A stretch of DNA of 64,000 nucleotides from Polyangiales bacterium (GTDB lineage Bacteria; Myxococcota_A; Polyangia; Polyangiales; Polyangiaceae). The DNA lies in the NCBI GenBank assembly GCA_038231275.1, contig JBBRLQ010000011.1:32001-96000 (forward strand). Direction: 5' to 3'. This document shows, one piece after another, positions 53,887-64,000 of this stretch. A model generated the notes under the pieces. That model was given only the letters and a program-made list of their open reading frames with translations, searched no databases and was not told where the DNA came from. The translations under genes were made by a program, and so were the position numbers. How positions within the stretch are numbered: the stretch's first letter is position 1; every line of letters begins with the position of its first letter.

Positions 53887-54501
53887 TCACCGAAGAGCCC
53901 TCGAGTACTCCTCGTACTCGGCGAGCGCCTCCTGCAGCCGTTCCAGCGCGTAGCGCATGCGGCTCTTCACGGTGTTTTCTGCGATGCCCGTCACCTCGGC
54001 GATCTCCTTGAACGGCAGCCCGGCGATCTCGCGCAAGAGGAACACCTCGCGCTGCTCGTCGGGGAGCGTCTCGAGCGCCTTGGCAATTCGCTCCTTGAGC
54101 TCACTGCTCGTCGCGTCGCGCTCGACGCTCGCCTTGCTGTCGGCCGTCTGCTCACCGAGCGTCGGGCCCCCTTCCTCCCCATCTCCGCCCCGCGAATCGT
54201 CCAGTGACGCGTGACGCCGAAGGGCGCGCTTGCGGAGCTGATCGATGCATAGGTTTCGCGTGATCGTGTAGACCCACGTGGTGAACCGAGCCTCGTGCTT
54301 GAAGTCCGCCGCGTTCTGCACCACGCGCACGAAGGCCTCCTGAACGACGTCCTCCGCGGCCGATTGAAGCCGCAGCTGTCGATAGGCGAAATTGTAGAGC
54401 GCCCCCTGATGCCGCCGGACGAGGGCGGTGAACGCCCCCTTGTCCCCCCTCTGGTAGCGGACCATGAGGGCTTCGTCGGAGATGTCGAACCGCGTCGTCA
54501 T
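53887..54501 (-). CDS. ECF RNA polymerase sigma factor
   Basis: AEDVVQEAF, FTTWVYTITRNLCID, LPDEQREVFLL, TVKSRM. Confidence 0.95.
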   Translation of the reverse strand: MTTRFDISDEALMVRYQRGDKGAFTALVRRHQGALYNFAYRQLRLQSAAEDVVQEAFVRVVQNAADFKHEARFTTWVYTITRNLCIDQLRKRALRRHASLDDSRGGDGEEGGPTLGEQTADSKASVERDATSSELKERIAKALETLPDEQREVFLLREIAGLPFKEIAEVTGIAENTVKSRMRYALERLQEALAEYEEYSRALR

Positions 54502-54572
54502 GAGGGCCTCGTTCGAGACAAACGAGGACGCATGCGGGCGCTGACACTGGGTGTCGCATTTTCTTGGGGATA

Positions 54573-54598
54573 TAGACGCGCGACCTGCCCCAAAGTTC
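54573..54598 (-). promoter_or_regulatory. ECF-type promoter, probably autoregulatory
   Basis: Minus strand GAACTT-N16-TCTA upstream of the ECF gene. Confidence 0.6.
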
Positions 54599-55044
54599 TA
54601 TTGGGGTAGCGGCTGTGTTTTCCCGAACAAGTCTCTACGTCTACACCCCGGATGAGCCGGCGGCGTGGTTCGAGGACGGGACGATCTGGCCGTTTCCCCA
54701 TGGGGTCGAGCTCTGCAACGAGGACGTTACGGCGACGTTTTGCGAGGCTATGCCCCTCCCGCCGCTCGCACAACCTGTTTGAGGAGGGCCCTCTTCCGGG
54801 CGTTCGTCGACCCCTCGGCAAGATCTCGCCGCCTCTGGCCACCCGTAGGACCATGGCCACGCCGCAGCTTTGCCACACCGAGGGGTCAGGAGGCTTCTGC
54901 AAAACCCGACTTCATTTCGACGGTTGCAAGCTGTGAGCGCAGACGTCTAGACTCGGTGCGCCAAACGGTAGCCTAAGCCGGTGCGAGCGTTCCCAGGTCC
55001 TGGCACGTCGCACCCAGTTGTTGTCTTCGAAAGGGGATCTCGAG

Positions 55045-55944
55045 ATGCGTCACGCGAATCTTGCAGCCATTGCGTTCGTGGCTTCACTGGCTTTCTCGTT
55101 CTCTGCCGTCGCACAGCAGAAGGACGCTGGAGCTCCGAAGCCCAGGAAGGACGCAGGCGCGCCCTCCTCCGCGGCGGCTGCGGCGTCTGCGCCGAGCACA
55201 CCGACCGCTGCCGGCGGTGACGGCGGCGCGCCCGCGATGCCGATGCCGGTCGCCGGCGGTCCGTCGACGCCTTCGGACAAGCCGGTGATGGACGGGCCGA
55301 CCTACGCGGTGCGCCTGCGCGATCTCGAAGCGCGCGTCGACGAGCTCAAGGATCAAATTCGCCGAAGCCACACGCGCCTCGCGCTCCTCTCGGACACGAT
55401 CCTCGGCGGCGGCGCCGCGGGCTCGCGCTCGGAGGTCCAGTTCATGAACGAGATGTCGAGCGCGTTCCGCCTGACGAAGGCGCTCTTCGTCATCGACGGC
55501 ACGGTGCAATACAACCGCGCCGACGACACCGGCGCGCTCGCCGATCAGAAAGAGATTCCGATCTTCAGCGGCTCGATCCCGCCGGGCGATCACACCGTGC
55601 AGGTCCTCCTCAACTTCCAGGGCAACGGCTACGGCGTCTTCACCTACCTCCGCGGCTACAAGTTCGAAGTGAAGTCGAGCCACTCGTTCACGTCGGTCGA
55701 GGGCAAGACGCTCACGCTGACCGCGACGGCGCTCGAGAAGGGCGGCGTCACGACCGCGCTCGAGCAGCGTCCTGCGATCGAGTGGCACGAGAAGGTGCAA
55801 GCGCTCGGCGCGGGCTCTGGTCCCTCGGCGCCCGTCGCGCCAGGCGGGGCTCCCGGCACGCCTGGCGCAAGTGGCAACGTCAGTACGACGCCGAGCTCGG
55901 CTGCCGGGTCCATGTCGGTCGGCGGTGGGGGAGAAAAGAAGTGA
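55045..55944 (+). CDS. Secreted protein, first gene of the TPR operon
   Basis: Signal peptide (AVA-Q), coiled coil, beta-rich domain; GTGA overlap with the next gene. Confidence 0.8.
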   Translation: MRHANLAAIAFVASLAFSFSAVAQQKDAGAPKPRKDAGAPSSAAAAASAPSTPTAAGGDGGAPAMPMPVAGGPSTPSDKPVMDGPTYAVRLRDLEARVDELKDQIRRSHTRLALLSDTILGGGAAGSRSEVQFMNEMSSAFRLTKALFVIDGTVQYNRADDTGALADQKEIPIFSGSIPPGDHTVQVLLNFQGNGYGVFTYLRGYKFEVKSSHSFTSVEGKTLTLTATALEKGGVTTALEQRPAIEWHEKVQALGAGSGPSAPVAPGGAPGTPGASGNVSTTPSSAAGSMSVGGGGEKK

Positions 55945-58331
55945 AGACACGATCGCTTGCCCAGCTTGGTGCGAGCGCGCTGGTCTTCTTGCTCGCCCCG
56001 CACGCGTGGGCTGGCTCCGACGACGACGCGAATCACGCCCAGCAAGAGGTCGTCGCCGTCGACCGCGAGAGCGGCTCGGTCCAGGCCGCCATCCAGAAGG
56101 CGGCGGCGCAGAAGATGACCGCCGAGCAGCGCCTCGCCAACGGCGAGATGCTGTACCGCACGAAGGACTACTCGCGCGCCGGCGTCGTCTTCAGCGAGAT
56201 CATGGAGGAGTACCCCGATACTCCGAACTACCCCGACGCGCTCTGGCTGCGCGGCGAGACGTACTACGCGACCAAGGAGTACCTGTCGGCGCGCCGCGAC
56301 TACCGCGCGCTCGTCGATCGCGGGAGCGAGGCGCGCTTCCAGCCGTACTTCGGTAAAGCGCTCGCGCGTCTCGTCGACGTGTCCCTCCGCATCGGCGACA
56401 TCAAGGGGCTCGACGAGGTCTTCGCGAAGCTGAATCAGGTCCCGCCGTCGCAGGTCGACGCCGGCCTCAACTACGCCAAGGGGAAGGCCTATTACGCGAC
56501 CAAGGACTACGGCAACGCGATGTCGTCCTTGCAAGCGGTGCAGCCGAACACGCCGTACACGCACCAAGCCCGCTATTTCCAAGGCCTCGTGCAGATGAAG
56601 CAGGCCAAACCGGGCGCGACGTCGATCGGCCTCGATGGCCGCCCGAAGACCCAGCCGGCCAACTACAAAACCGCGATCGAGCAGTTCAAGCTCGTGACCG
56701 ATCTGCCGCCGGACAGCGACGACCACAAGCACGTGATCGATCTCTCGTGGATGGCGATCGGCCGCCTCTTCTACGAGATGGAGCAGTACCAGCAGGCGAG
56801 CGAGGCCTACGCGAAGGTCGGGCGCGACTCGCCCGAGTTCGACACGATGCTCTACGAGCTCGCGTGGGTGTACGTCCGCCTGGGAGACGTGCAGCGTGCA
56901 GAGCGCGCGCTCGAGGTCCTCTCGATTGCCGATCCGTCGAGCCCGTACGTGGGCGACGGCTCGCTCCTCCGCGCAGATCTTCTCCTCCGCGCCGGCGCCT
57001 TCGACAAGGCGCTCACCCTCTACGAGGGCGTCCGCGCCCAGTACGAGCCGATGCGCACGAAGGTCGACGCGTTCATGGACCAGAACTCCGACGTCCGCGT
57101 CTTCTACGACAAGCTGAGCCAGCAGCAGCTCGATACGCTCGATCAAAGCGAGCAGCTCCCGCCGTTGGCAATCCGCTGGGCGCGCGAGGCCGAGGACGGC
57201 CCCATGGCGTTTGCCGTCATCGACGACGTCCTCCAGTGCAAGACGCTCATCCGGCAGAGTAACCAGCTGATCGACAAGCTCACCGCGCTGACCGAGGCCT
57301 CGAACCGCGTTCGCGCGTTTCCGGAGCTCGCGGCAGGTGAGGAGAAGGCGCTCGGCCTCATCAACCGCATCTCGCGCGCGCGCGTCGAGATCGCGACCGG
57401 GCTCGACTCCGAGGAGCCGGGCGAGCTGTCGGGCGAGATCGGCGGCGTGCGCAAGCAACGGCGCGATCTCATGGCGACCATGACCGGCCTTCCGATCCAA
57501 TCGAAGGACTTCATCGATCGCGAGCAGCAGGGCGTGAGGCAGTGGAATGTCGTGAGCCAGGAGCTCACGCGTCGAAACCTCGAGATTGATCAGCTGCAAG
57601 CCGTCATCAACGGCCTTCGCCGCTGGCTCAAAGAAGACTCGCAGCGCGGCGTCGCCCGCGACGCGGCCTCGATCGAGCGCTTCAACACGGAGCTCGTCGA
57701 GAACGAGAAGCTCCTGAAGCAGTACCAGGCGCAGGTCGTGGAGCTCCGTCGTCAGGTGGAGTTCGGGCGCTTCCAGATCGGCATCGGCGACGCGCGCTTC
57801 CAGGCCGACGCGATGGGGCGCGTCCAGTTCCGCGACGTCCTCGATCGCGAGGTCCAGCTCGCGGTCGGCGGTCAGGCAGGTGCGAACGCGCAGCGCTACG
57901 GACAGCGCGTCCAGACCGTTCTCATGCAGGCGCGCAACGTCGAGGACAAGCTCGTCGCCGCGTTCGCGCAGCTCGAGCAGCAAGTCGGAATGCGCATCGG
58001 TGAGGTGCGCGCCAAGATCGACGCCGAGCGCGCGAAGATGGTCGGCTTCCAGACCCAGCTCGACGGGCTCGACGGCGAAGCGCGCCAGCTCGTCGGCGAG
58101 GTCGCGCGCCGCAACTTCGGCTACGTGCGCGACAAGCTCCGCGGCATCGTCCTCCGCGCCGACGTCGGCATCACCGAGCAGGCGTGGGAGGTCCGCGAAG
58201 AGGAGCTCGATCGCGTGCACAACCTGCAAGCCGAGCGCGCGCGGGAAGAGCAGCTCCTCGACGAAGAGCTGCGCGAAGTTCTCGACGATTCGGGGGATTC
58301 GTCCAAGGCGGCCACGCCGCCGGGCAAGTGA
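55941..58331 (+). CDS. Secreted TPR/coiled-coil protein
   Basis: Signal peptide (AWA-G), multiple TPRs, long coiled coil. Confidence 0.85.
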   Translation: MKTRSLAQLGASALVFLLAPHAWAGSDDDANHAQQEVVAVDRESGSVQAAIQKAAAQKMTAEQRLANGEMLYRTKDYSRAGVVFSEIMEEYPDTPNYPDALWLRGETYYATKEYLSARRDYRALVDRGSEARFQPYFGKALARLVDVSLRIGDIKGLDEVFAKLNQVPPSQVDAGLNYAKGKAYYATKDYGNAMSSLQAVQPNTPYTHQARYFQGLVQMKQAKPGATSIGLDGRPKTQPANYKTAIEQFKLVTDLPPDSDDHKHVIDLSWMAIGRLFYEMEQYQQASEAYAKVGRDSPEFDTMLYELAWVYVRLGDVQRAERALEVLSIADPSSPYVGDGSLLRADLLLRAGAFDKALTLYEGVRAQYEPMRTKVDAFMDQNSDVRVFYDKLSQQQLDTLDQSEQLPPLAIRWAREAEDGPMAFAVIDDVLQCKTLIRQSNQLIDKLTALTEASNRVRAFPELAAGEEKALGLINRISRARVEIATGLDSEEPGELSGEIGGVRKQRRDLMATMTGLPIQSKDFIDREQQGVRQWNVVSQELTRRNLEIDQLQAVINGLRRWLKEDSQRGVARDAASIERFNTELVENEKLLKQYQAQVVELRRQVEFGRFQIGIGDARFQADAMGRVQFRDVLDREVQLAVGGQAGANAQRYGQRVQTVLMQARNVEDKLVAAFAQLEQQVGMRIGEVRAKIDAERAKMVGFQTQLDGLDGEARQLVGEVARRNFGYVRDKLRGIVLRADVGITEQAWEVREEELDRVHNLQAERAREEQLLDEELREVLDDSGDSSKAATPPGK

Positions 58332-58351
58332 GCGGACAAGTGAAAGCATTC

Positions 58352-61300
58352 ATGAGGACGAGAGCTTCCTGGGGCATGCGTGGGATCTTCGGAGGCAGCA
58401 TCGTCGTCCTGACGGCGGCGCTGACCTTGTCGAGCGTGTCGGCGCAGCCGCGTCGTCCGGCGGCAGGTGCTGCAGCGGGAGGCGCAGGGAAGGCGGACGC
58501 GGGGAAGGCCCCGGCGCGCCCCGGAGGTCGACCCACCGGACGCGCAGGCGCTGCCGACGCGGGCGCGCCGATCCCGGTCGGCGTCGCGAACGCGTCCGAT
58601 GCTGGCGCTTCGACCGCTACGAACGACGAGGCGGGCACATCGTACACGACGGCGCAGATGGACACCGCCGCGCCGCAAGCGAGCGCGCGCGTCATCACGC
58701 CGCCTCCCCCTCCTCCTACGCCGCAGCAGGTCGCCGCCCTCGATGCGCTCCGCGCCGAGACCGATGCCTACGAGCAAGGCGCCAAGGAGTACCGCGACAC
58801 CGTCACCACGATCATCAAGCTCCACTACGAGGCGAAGAAGAAGGAGGTCCTGTCGGGCCTCGACCACGAGATCACCGTCGAGAAGGCGGAGCTGAAGAAG
58901 GCCCGCGAGATCGCGATCAAGCGCCTCGAGGAGTTCGTCGCCAAGTACAGCGGCCCCAACGCGCAGCCCGAGGCCACGCCCGACGCGATGTACCGCCTCG
59001 CCGCCCTCTACGAAGAGCGCGCGCGCTCAGAGGACGCCGTCGAGCCGATCGAGATCGGCCTCAAGCCCGCGATCGTCCTCTACAAGCGCGTCATCACAGA
59101 GTTCCCGCAGTACCGCGAGCTTGCCGGCATCTACTACTTCCTCGGCCACGCCTACAACGACTCGAGCCGCATCAACGAGGCGCAGCAAGTCTGGCGCTCG
59201 CTCGTCTGCCACAACAAATTCCCGTACCCGACTCCTCCCGATCCGAAAAATCCCGAGGCCGACTCGATCACGCCGCTGCCTCAGGATCACGACGAGGCGT
59301 ACTGGACGACGTGGCTAGCGCAGCACAACGACGCCAAGCGCTTCAGGAAGGGCGCCGGCGCCGACACGATGTACATCGACCCGTACCCCGCCGACTGCGC
59401 GGGCATTCCGCAGCCCGGCCTCCGCGCCGGCGAAGAGCCGAAGTACGTGGCCGAGATCTGGTGGCAGATCGGAAACTGGGAGTTCGACCAGCTCGATCTC
59501 GGCGGCGGCGTCGCGAAGGACGAGCCGAACGCCGCCTACGACTTCAACCGCGCCGCCAGCGCCTACACCAAGGCGATGCAGTTCAAGAAGCCGCCGCTCT
59601 TCGGCGTCAGCCTCTACAAGTACGCGTGGACGCTCTTCAAGCAGCAGCGCTACGAGGCCGCGACGAAAGAGTTCGTCCGCCTCCTCGTTTACACCGACGA
59701 GCAGCAGAAGCTGACCGGCGATCCCGGCGCCGACTTCCGCTCCGAGGCGTACACGTACATCGCCGGCTCGCTCACGAACGTCGACTTCAAGGGACCTGAT
59801 CCCGACGAACCGTACATCCAGCGGCCGGACATCATCGACACCGAGCCAAAGCCCGACGTCGCGGAGAGGAAACTCCACGTCGCCGTCGACCGCGTGAAAG
59901 ATCCCACGATCATCCCCCAGGACAAGCCCTGGACGATCGAGATCTACAAGGCGCTCGCCGACGAGTTCCGGAGCCTCAACCAGTTCGTCAACGCGGTCGA
60001 GGTCTACGACACGATCCTGAAGAAGTGGCCGATGGATCCGACGGCGCCGGACGTGCAGAACGCCATCGCCGAGACGTACGACCAGATGAACTTCACGCGC
60101 AAGCCGGGCACGCCCGAGCACGACGCGAACGCCAGCAAGGCGCTCGAAGCGCGGACGAAGCTCGCGAACTACATCGGCAACACGCCGTGGGTCGACGCGA
60201 ACAAGGACAACCCCACGGCGCTCCACAACGCCGAGCGCCTCGTGCGCGGCGGCCTCCGTCAGGCGGCCGTCCAGCACACGAACAACGGCAAGGCCGCCCT
60301 CGTCGCCGCCAGCTCCACGGGAGACGTCGCGCGCCAGGTCGAGCAGCTCTCGCGCGCGCAGGCGGAGTACCGTCTCGCCGCGCTCGGCTGGCTCGGCTTC
60401 CTGAAGCAAGACGAGAACGCCCCCGACGCGTACGAGAGCCGCTACTGGCTCGCCGACGCGCGTCACCAGCAGGTGCGCATCTCGGTCGTCCTCCACCAGG
60501 TGTCGCCGAAGCAGTTCGGCGAGCCGACGCGCAAGGACATCGACGAGGCGAAGGCCGCGGCGGTCGACGTGCGCGACTCGAACGAGGACGACAAGTTCCT
60601 CGACAACGCGGCGCTCTTCGTCGTCGACGAGTCGGACATCGATCGCGACCTTTCGTACACGCGCTTTACCGAGTCGAACGGCTCGCAGGGCGTCGAGAAG
60701 CGCGGCGAGCTGCGCTTCGACTCCGACGGCCCCGACAAGAAGGTCGTCGTCGACAAGGTCCCGCCGGTGGTCCAGCTCTCGATCCAGGCGCGCGACGAGT
60801 ACACTTCGCGCGTCCCCGAGCGCCTCGACGTCGCCAAGAACGGGATCCAGTACCAGTACTACATCGGCGAGACCTACTTCCTCTACGGCCAGTTCGAGCT
60901 GGCGCGCCAGCGCTTCGAACCGATGTGGAAGGACCACTGCAAGAAGGACGAGTACGGCTACAAAGCGTGGGAGAAGCTCATCACGATGAGCAACGCCATG
61001 CGCGACGCCGAGCGCTCGCGCGGCCTCGCCGAGGCCGAGAAGTCCAACTCGTGCGCCGTCACCGCGGAGCAGACCGCAGGCGCCGGCACGATCATCAACC
61101 CGACCTTGCAAGAGGCGGCGTACGTCGACGCGCGCAAGAAGTTCGAGAAGGCGTGCGAGGCCCCCGTCGGCTCGCCGTGCAAGAACCCGAACGCGCCCGA
61201 GAAGAAGCCCCTCTGGCGTGACGCGGCGGCCGCATACGGCGTCGCCCTCCAGGACGCGCCGGGCCGCGACGAGGCGCCGGAAGCGGCGATGAACTCCGCC

Positions 61301-62770
61301 TACGCCTACAAGCAGGTCGGCGACTACAACAAGGCGATCGAGCTCTACAACAAGTTCATCGCCGAGTACGGCAGCGAAGATCGCCTGACCAAGCTCGAGA
61401 AGGGCGACCCGAAGTCGAAGACCGCGCCCGAGCCCAAGAAATACGCAGAGCGCGTCAAGTACTTGTATGATGCATACGACGCGCTCTCGACCACCTACTA
61501 CTCGTTCTTCAACTACCAGCGCGCCGCCGAGTCGTACGACAAGATGGCGACCAGCCCGCGCTTCGACGAGACGAAGCGCAAGGTCGCCGCGCGCAACGCC
61601 ATCGTCCTTTTTGCCAGCATGGGCCAGAGGGACAAGATGGTCAGCGAGTACAAGACGCTGAACGGCCTTCACCCGAACCCCGAGGAGAAGGCGAACGCCG
61701 ACTTCCTGGTTGCCAACTACGACTACACGCAGTGGGACAGCAAGGGCGGCGACACGGGCAGTAACCGCGCGGCGCGCCTCGCGGCGGACGGTTCGCTCCA
61801 GACCTTCTACATGCAGCACCGCACCAAGCCCGAGGCGTCCAAGTACGCGCTCATGGCGGCGTACCAGGTCGGGCACATGAAGAAGGTGGTCGGCGATCCC
61901 ACGTACCGCACGTGGTTCAAGACGATCATCTCTGCGTGGGCGTTCATGTCGAAGAACGGCACCGCGGTAAAGGGCGCGAACGGCGCGACGCAGGCGGAGG
62001 CGCTCCAGCCCCCGTTCGTGGACTACGCCGCCGAGGCCGAGTTCACGCTCCTCGACGAGGAGATCGCCGACAAGTTCGACAAGAGCCCGAACCGCGCGCG
62101 CTACTGCGGCAGCCTCGACGAGGTGCTCGGCAAGTTCGACAAGAACGGCGGGCGCATCAGCCAGGGCAAGTACAACGCCGACGCGCTCATCGCCGACAAG
62201 TACGACAAGGAGCTCGATCGCATCGCGCGCACGTACCCGTCCGTCGAGTGGACCCCCGCCGCCATCGCGCGTCAGGGCTCGCTCTACGACGGCCTCCGCA
62301 CCGGCCTCTACAACACGACGACGGCCGGCGGTAAGGACAACTGCTTCAAGCTCTTCACCGCCCAGCAGGAGAACGTCCTGAAGACGATGGAGAACAGCGG
62401 CCGCGAGGCTCTGCAGAACCAGGCCGACGAGATCCGCTCGCGCGCGAAGGAGGGCTGGCGCTCCAAGAAGGAGAGCGAGCTCGCCGGGACCGACACGCTC
62501 ATGGTCCGCAAGTACTCGCAGTCGGTGTACCTCGGCCGCCGCTACAACGTGCGGAACGCCTGGGTGAACCGCGCGATCTCGAAGCTTGCATACTACACGG
62601 ACATCATCGGCGACGCGAAGATGAAGGACTACGTCACGTCGACGACCGATCCGACCGACGCGAGCAAGAAGCTCGACTACAAGGACCAGATGTACCCGCA
62701 GTCGCGTCCTGGCCTCGGCGCAACGCCTCCGCCCAACGGCGGCGCGTTGCCGCTCCCGGTGGCGCCGTGA
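58352..62770 (+). CDS. Very large secreted TPR protein (GltD/AgmU-like by context)
   Basis: Signal peptide; PDAMYRLAALY, YYFLGHAY, LYKYAWTLF TPRs; start could be 58328. Confidence 0.8.
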   Translation: MRTRASWGMRGIFGGSIVVLTAALTLSSVSAQPRRPAAGAAAGGAGKADAGKAPARPGGRPTGRAGAADAGAPIPVGVANASDAGASTATNDEAGTSYTTAQMDTAAPQASARVITPPPPPPTPQQVAALDALRAETDAYEQGAKEYRDTVTTIIKLHYEAKKKEVLSGLDHEITVEKAELKKAREIAIKRLEEFVAKYSGPNAQPEATPDAMYRLAALYEERARSEDAVEPIEIGLKPAIVLYKRVITEFPQYRELAGIYYFLGHAYNDSSRINEAQQVWRSLVCHNKFPYPTPPDPKNPEADSITPLPQDHDEAYWTTWLAQHNDAKRFRKGAGADTMYIDPYPADCAGIPQPGLRAGEEPKYVAEIWWQIGNWEFDQLDLGGGVAKDEPNAAYDFNRAASAYTKAMQFKKPPLFGVSLYKYAWTLFKQQRYEAATKEFVRLLVYTDEQQKLTGDPGADFRSEAYTYIAGSLTNVDFKGPDPDEPYIQRPDIIDTEPKPDVAERKLHVAVDRVKDPTIIPQDKPWTIEIYKALADEFRSLNQFVNAVEVYDTILKKWPMDPTAPDVQNAIAETYDQMNFTRKPGTPEHDANASKALEARTKLANYIGNTPWVDANKDNPTALHNAERLVRGGLRQAAVQHTNNGKAALVAASSTGDVARQVEQLSRAQAEYRLAALGWLGFLKQDENAPDAYESRYWLADARHQQVRISVVLHQVSPKQFGEPTRKDIDEAKAAAVDVRDSNEDDKFLDNAALFVVDESDIDRDLSYTRFTESNGSQGVEKRGELRFDSDGPDKKVVVDKVPPVVQLSIQARDEYTSRVPERLDVAKNGIQYQYYIGETYFLYGQFELARQRFEPMWKDHCKKDEYGYKAWEKLITMSNAMRDAERSRGLAEAEKSNSCAVTAEQTAGAGTIINPTLQEAAYVDARKKFEKACEAPVGSPCKNPNAPEKKPLWRDAAAAYGVALQDAPGRDEAPEAAMNSAYAYKQVGDYNKAIELYNKFIAEYGSEDRLTKLEKGDPKSKTAPEPKKYAERVKYLYDAYDALSTTYYSFFNYQRAAESYDKMATSPRFDETKRKVAARNAIVLFASMGQRDKMVSEYKTLNGLHPNPEEKANADFLVANYDYTQWDSKGGDTGSNRAARLAADGSLQTFYMQHRTKPEASKYALMAAYQVGHMKKVVGDPTYRTWFKTIISAWAFMSKNGTAVKGANGATQAEALQPPFVDYAAEAEFTLLDEEIADKFDKSPNRARYCGSLDEVLGKFDKNGGRISQGKYNADALIADKYDKELDRIARTYPSVEWTPAAIARQGSLYDGLRTGLYNTTTAGGKDNCFKLFTAQQENVLKTMENSGREALQNQADEIRSRAKEGWRSKKESELAGTDTLMVRKYSQSVYLGRRYNVRNAWVNRAISKLAYYTDIIGDAKMKDYVTSTTDPTDASKKLDYKDQMYPQSRPGLGATPPPNGGALPLPVAP

Positions 62771-62778
62771 GAGGCACG

Positions 62779-64000
62779 ATGATGAAACGAGGCGCTACCA
62801 GGACCGTGTTGGTCCTCGCGGCCTTGGCGTCTGGCGGCGCGTACGCGTCACTGGGCGCCGGCTGCGGCGGTGACGACAAGAAGGTCGAGTACCCGAAGGC
62901 GACGAACGACGCGGGGACCGTCGACCAAGGCACCGCCGTCAACACCGACACCGGCCAGACCGTCGGCGTGACCGGTGGCCCCGACGCGCACTCCGATCTG
63001 ACGGGCGCCGCGAAGGTGTCGTACGACAAGGGCTTCCAGGCCTGGATCCGCGGAGATCTGGCGGGCGCGAAGGCGGGCTTCCAGGAGGCGGCGTCCTCAG
63101 CGCCCACTTCGGCGGCGCCGCACTACTCGCTGGGGTGCGTCTACGATCGCCAGGGCGAGTACTCGTCGGCGCAGCAGGAGTACCGGAAGGCGCTGGACAT
63201 CAAGAGCGACTACGAGCTCGCGATGGGCGGCTACGCGATGAGCCTCGCGACGAGCGGGCACGCGGGCGAGGCCGACACGTTCCTCGCCGACAAGCGCGCG
63301 AAGATGCCGAACTCGGCGCGCGTCGCCACCTACCTCGCCGAGGTCAAATCGATCGAGAAGGACTCGGGCAGCGCGCAGCAGATCGCGCAAGACGCGCTCC
63401 GCCTCGACCCGGACTACAAAGACGCGATGGTCACGATCGCGCGCGATCACTACCGCGCGCGCCGCATGGAGCTCGCGAAGTACGCCATCCAGGCCATCCT
63501 GGACGGCTTCGGCGACGTGAGCCCGCCGCGCGATCCGACGAACGCCGAAGCGCATTTGCTCCGCGGCCTCATCTACAAGGAGACCGGGTTCCGCCAGGGC
63601 GCGTTCAAGGATTTCGAGGCGGCGGTCGCCAAGCGCCCGGACATGGTCGAGGCGCTCATCCAGCTCGGCGTCATGAAGCTCGAGGCCGGCAACAGCGCCG
63701 AGGCCGTCCCGCTCCTCGAGGCCGCGACCAAGTTCGGACCCAAGAGCTCGCTCGCGCACTTGAACCTCGGCGACGGGTATCGCCTCGCGGGCCGCCCCGC
63801 CGACGCGAAGAAGGAGTTCGATCAAGCGCTGGCGATGGACTCGTCCCTCGCGGTCGCGCACTACGATCTCGGCCTCCTCTACCTCTTCTCGTCCAACATC
63901 CCCGGCACGACGGCGAAAGACCAGGTCGACACCGCCATCAAGGAGCTCAACACCTTCAAGACCATGCGCGGTCCGAAGGCGCCGCCGGGTCAAGCGGACG
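62779..64000 (+). CDS. TPR lipoprotein, truncated by window end (GltE/AglT-like by context)
   Basis: Open frame from ATG 62779 to the edge: MMKRGATRTVLVLAALASGGAYASLGAGC, then TPRs (AHLNLGDGYRL, AHYDLGLLYL). Confidence 0.8.
   Translation, partial: MMKRGATRTVLVLAALASGGAYASLGAGCGGDDKKVEYPKATNDAGTVDQGTAVNTDTGQTVGVTGGPDAHSDLTGAAKVSYDKGFQAWIRGDLAGAKAGFQEAASSAPTSAAPHYSLGCVYDRQGEYSSAQQEYRKALDIKSDYELAMGGYAMSLATSGHAGEADTFLADKRAKMPNSARVATYLAEVKSIEKDSGSAQQIAQDALRLDPDYKDAMVTIARDHYRARRMELAKYAIQAILDGFGDVSPPRDPTNAEAHLLRGLIYKETGFRQGAFKDFEAAVAKRPDMVEALIQLGVMKLEAGNSAEAVPLLEAATKFGPKSSLAHLNLGDGYRLAGRPADAKKEFDQALAMDSSLAVAHYDLGLLYLFSSNIPGTTAKDQVDTAIKELNTFKTMRGPKAPPGQAD

Noticed and set aside
54652..54976. Short ORFs in the ECF/TPR-operon intergenic region
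   Set aside because: No recognisable motif or convincing RBS; the region is better explained as divergent promoters
55001..55016. TGGCAC as a sigma54 promoter for the TPR operon
   Set aside because: No GC at the -12 position 10 nt after the GG
55656..61876. Long antisense and alternate-frame ORFs (e.g. 55656-58349 -, 59315-61876 -, also 41041-43197 -)
   Set aside because: Shadow ORFs expected in high-GC DNA; they overlap well-supported genes and have Arg/Ala-rich, motif-free translations

Overview
High-GC bacterial chromosomal DNA, most likely Myxococcota (Polyangiales/Sorangiineae-like; inferred from a MYXO-CTERM protein, a TIGR02266-type PilZ protein, many Ser/Thr kinases and Cys-rich lipoproteins). 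The left ~30 kb is accessory envelope-signalling DNA: Hanks-type kinases (one degenerate), TPR(/PEGA) proteins, Cys-rich lipoproteins and two FHA-sigma54 activators, with three readable sigma54 promoters, each carrying a palindromic upstream element. The middle is housekeeping (prs, rplY, pth, rpsF, rpsR, rplI, dnaB, ArsA-like ATPase, der, era), interrupted by a kinase cassette between pth and rpsF. The right end has an ECF sigma/anti-sigma pair and a divergent large TPR operon resembling Glt/Nfs gliding-type clusters. The best candidate for an uncharacterised system is a cassette seen three times: membrane kinase with a bare Pro/Thr stalk, TPR(/PEGA) protein ending in Phe, and Cys-rich lipoprotein; one copy sits beside an FHA-sigma54 activator. 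I saw no rRNA, tRNA, CRISPR array, transposase or integrase. Start codons were chosen by eye, and product calls come from motif recognition, not database searches.
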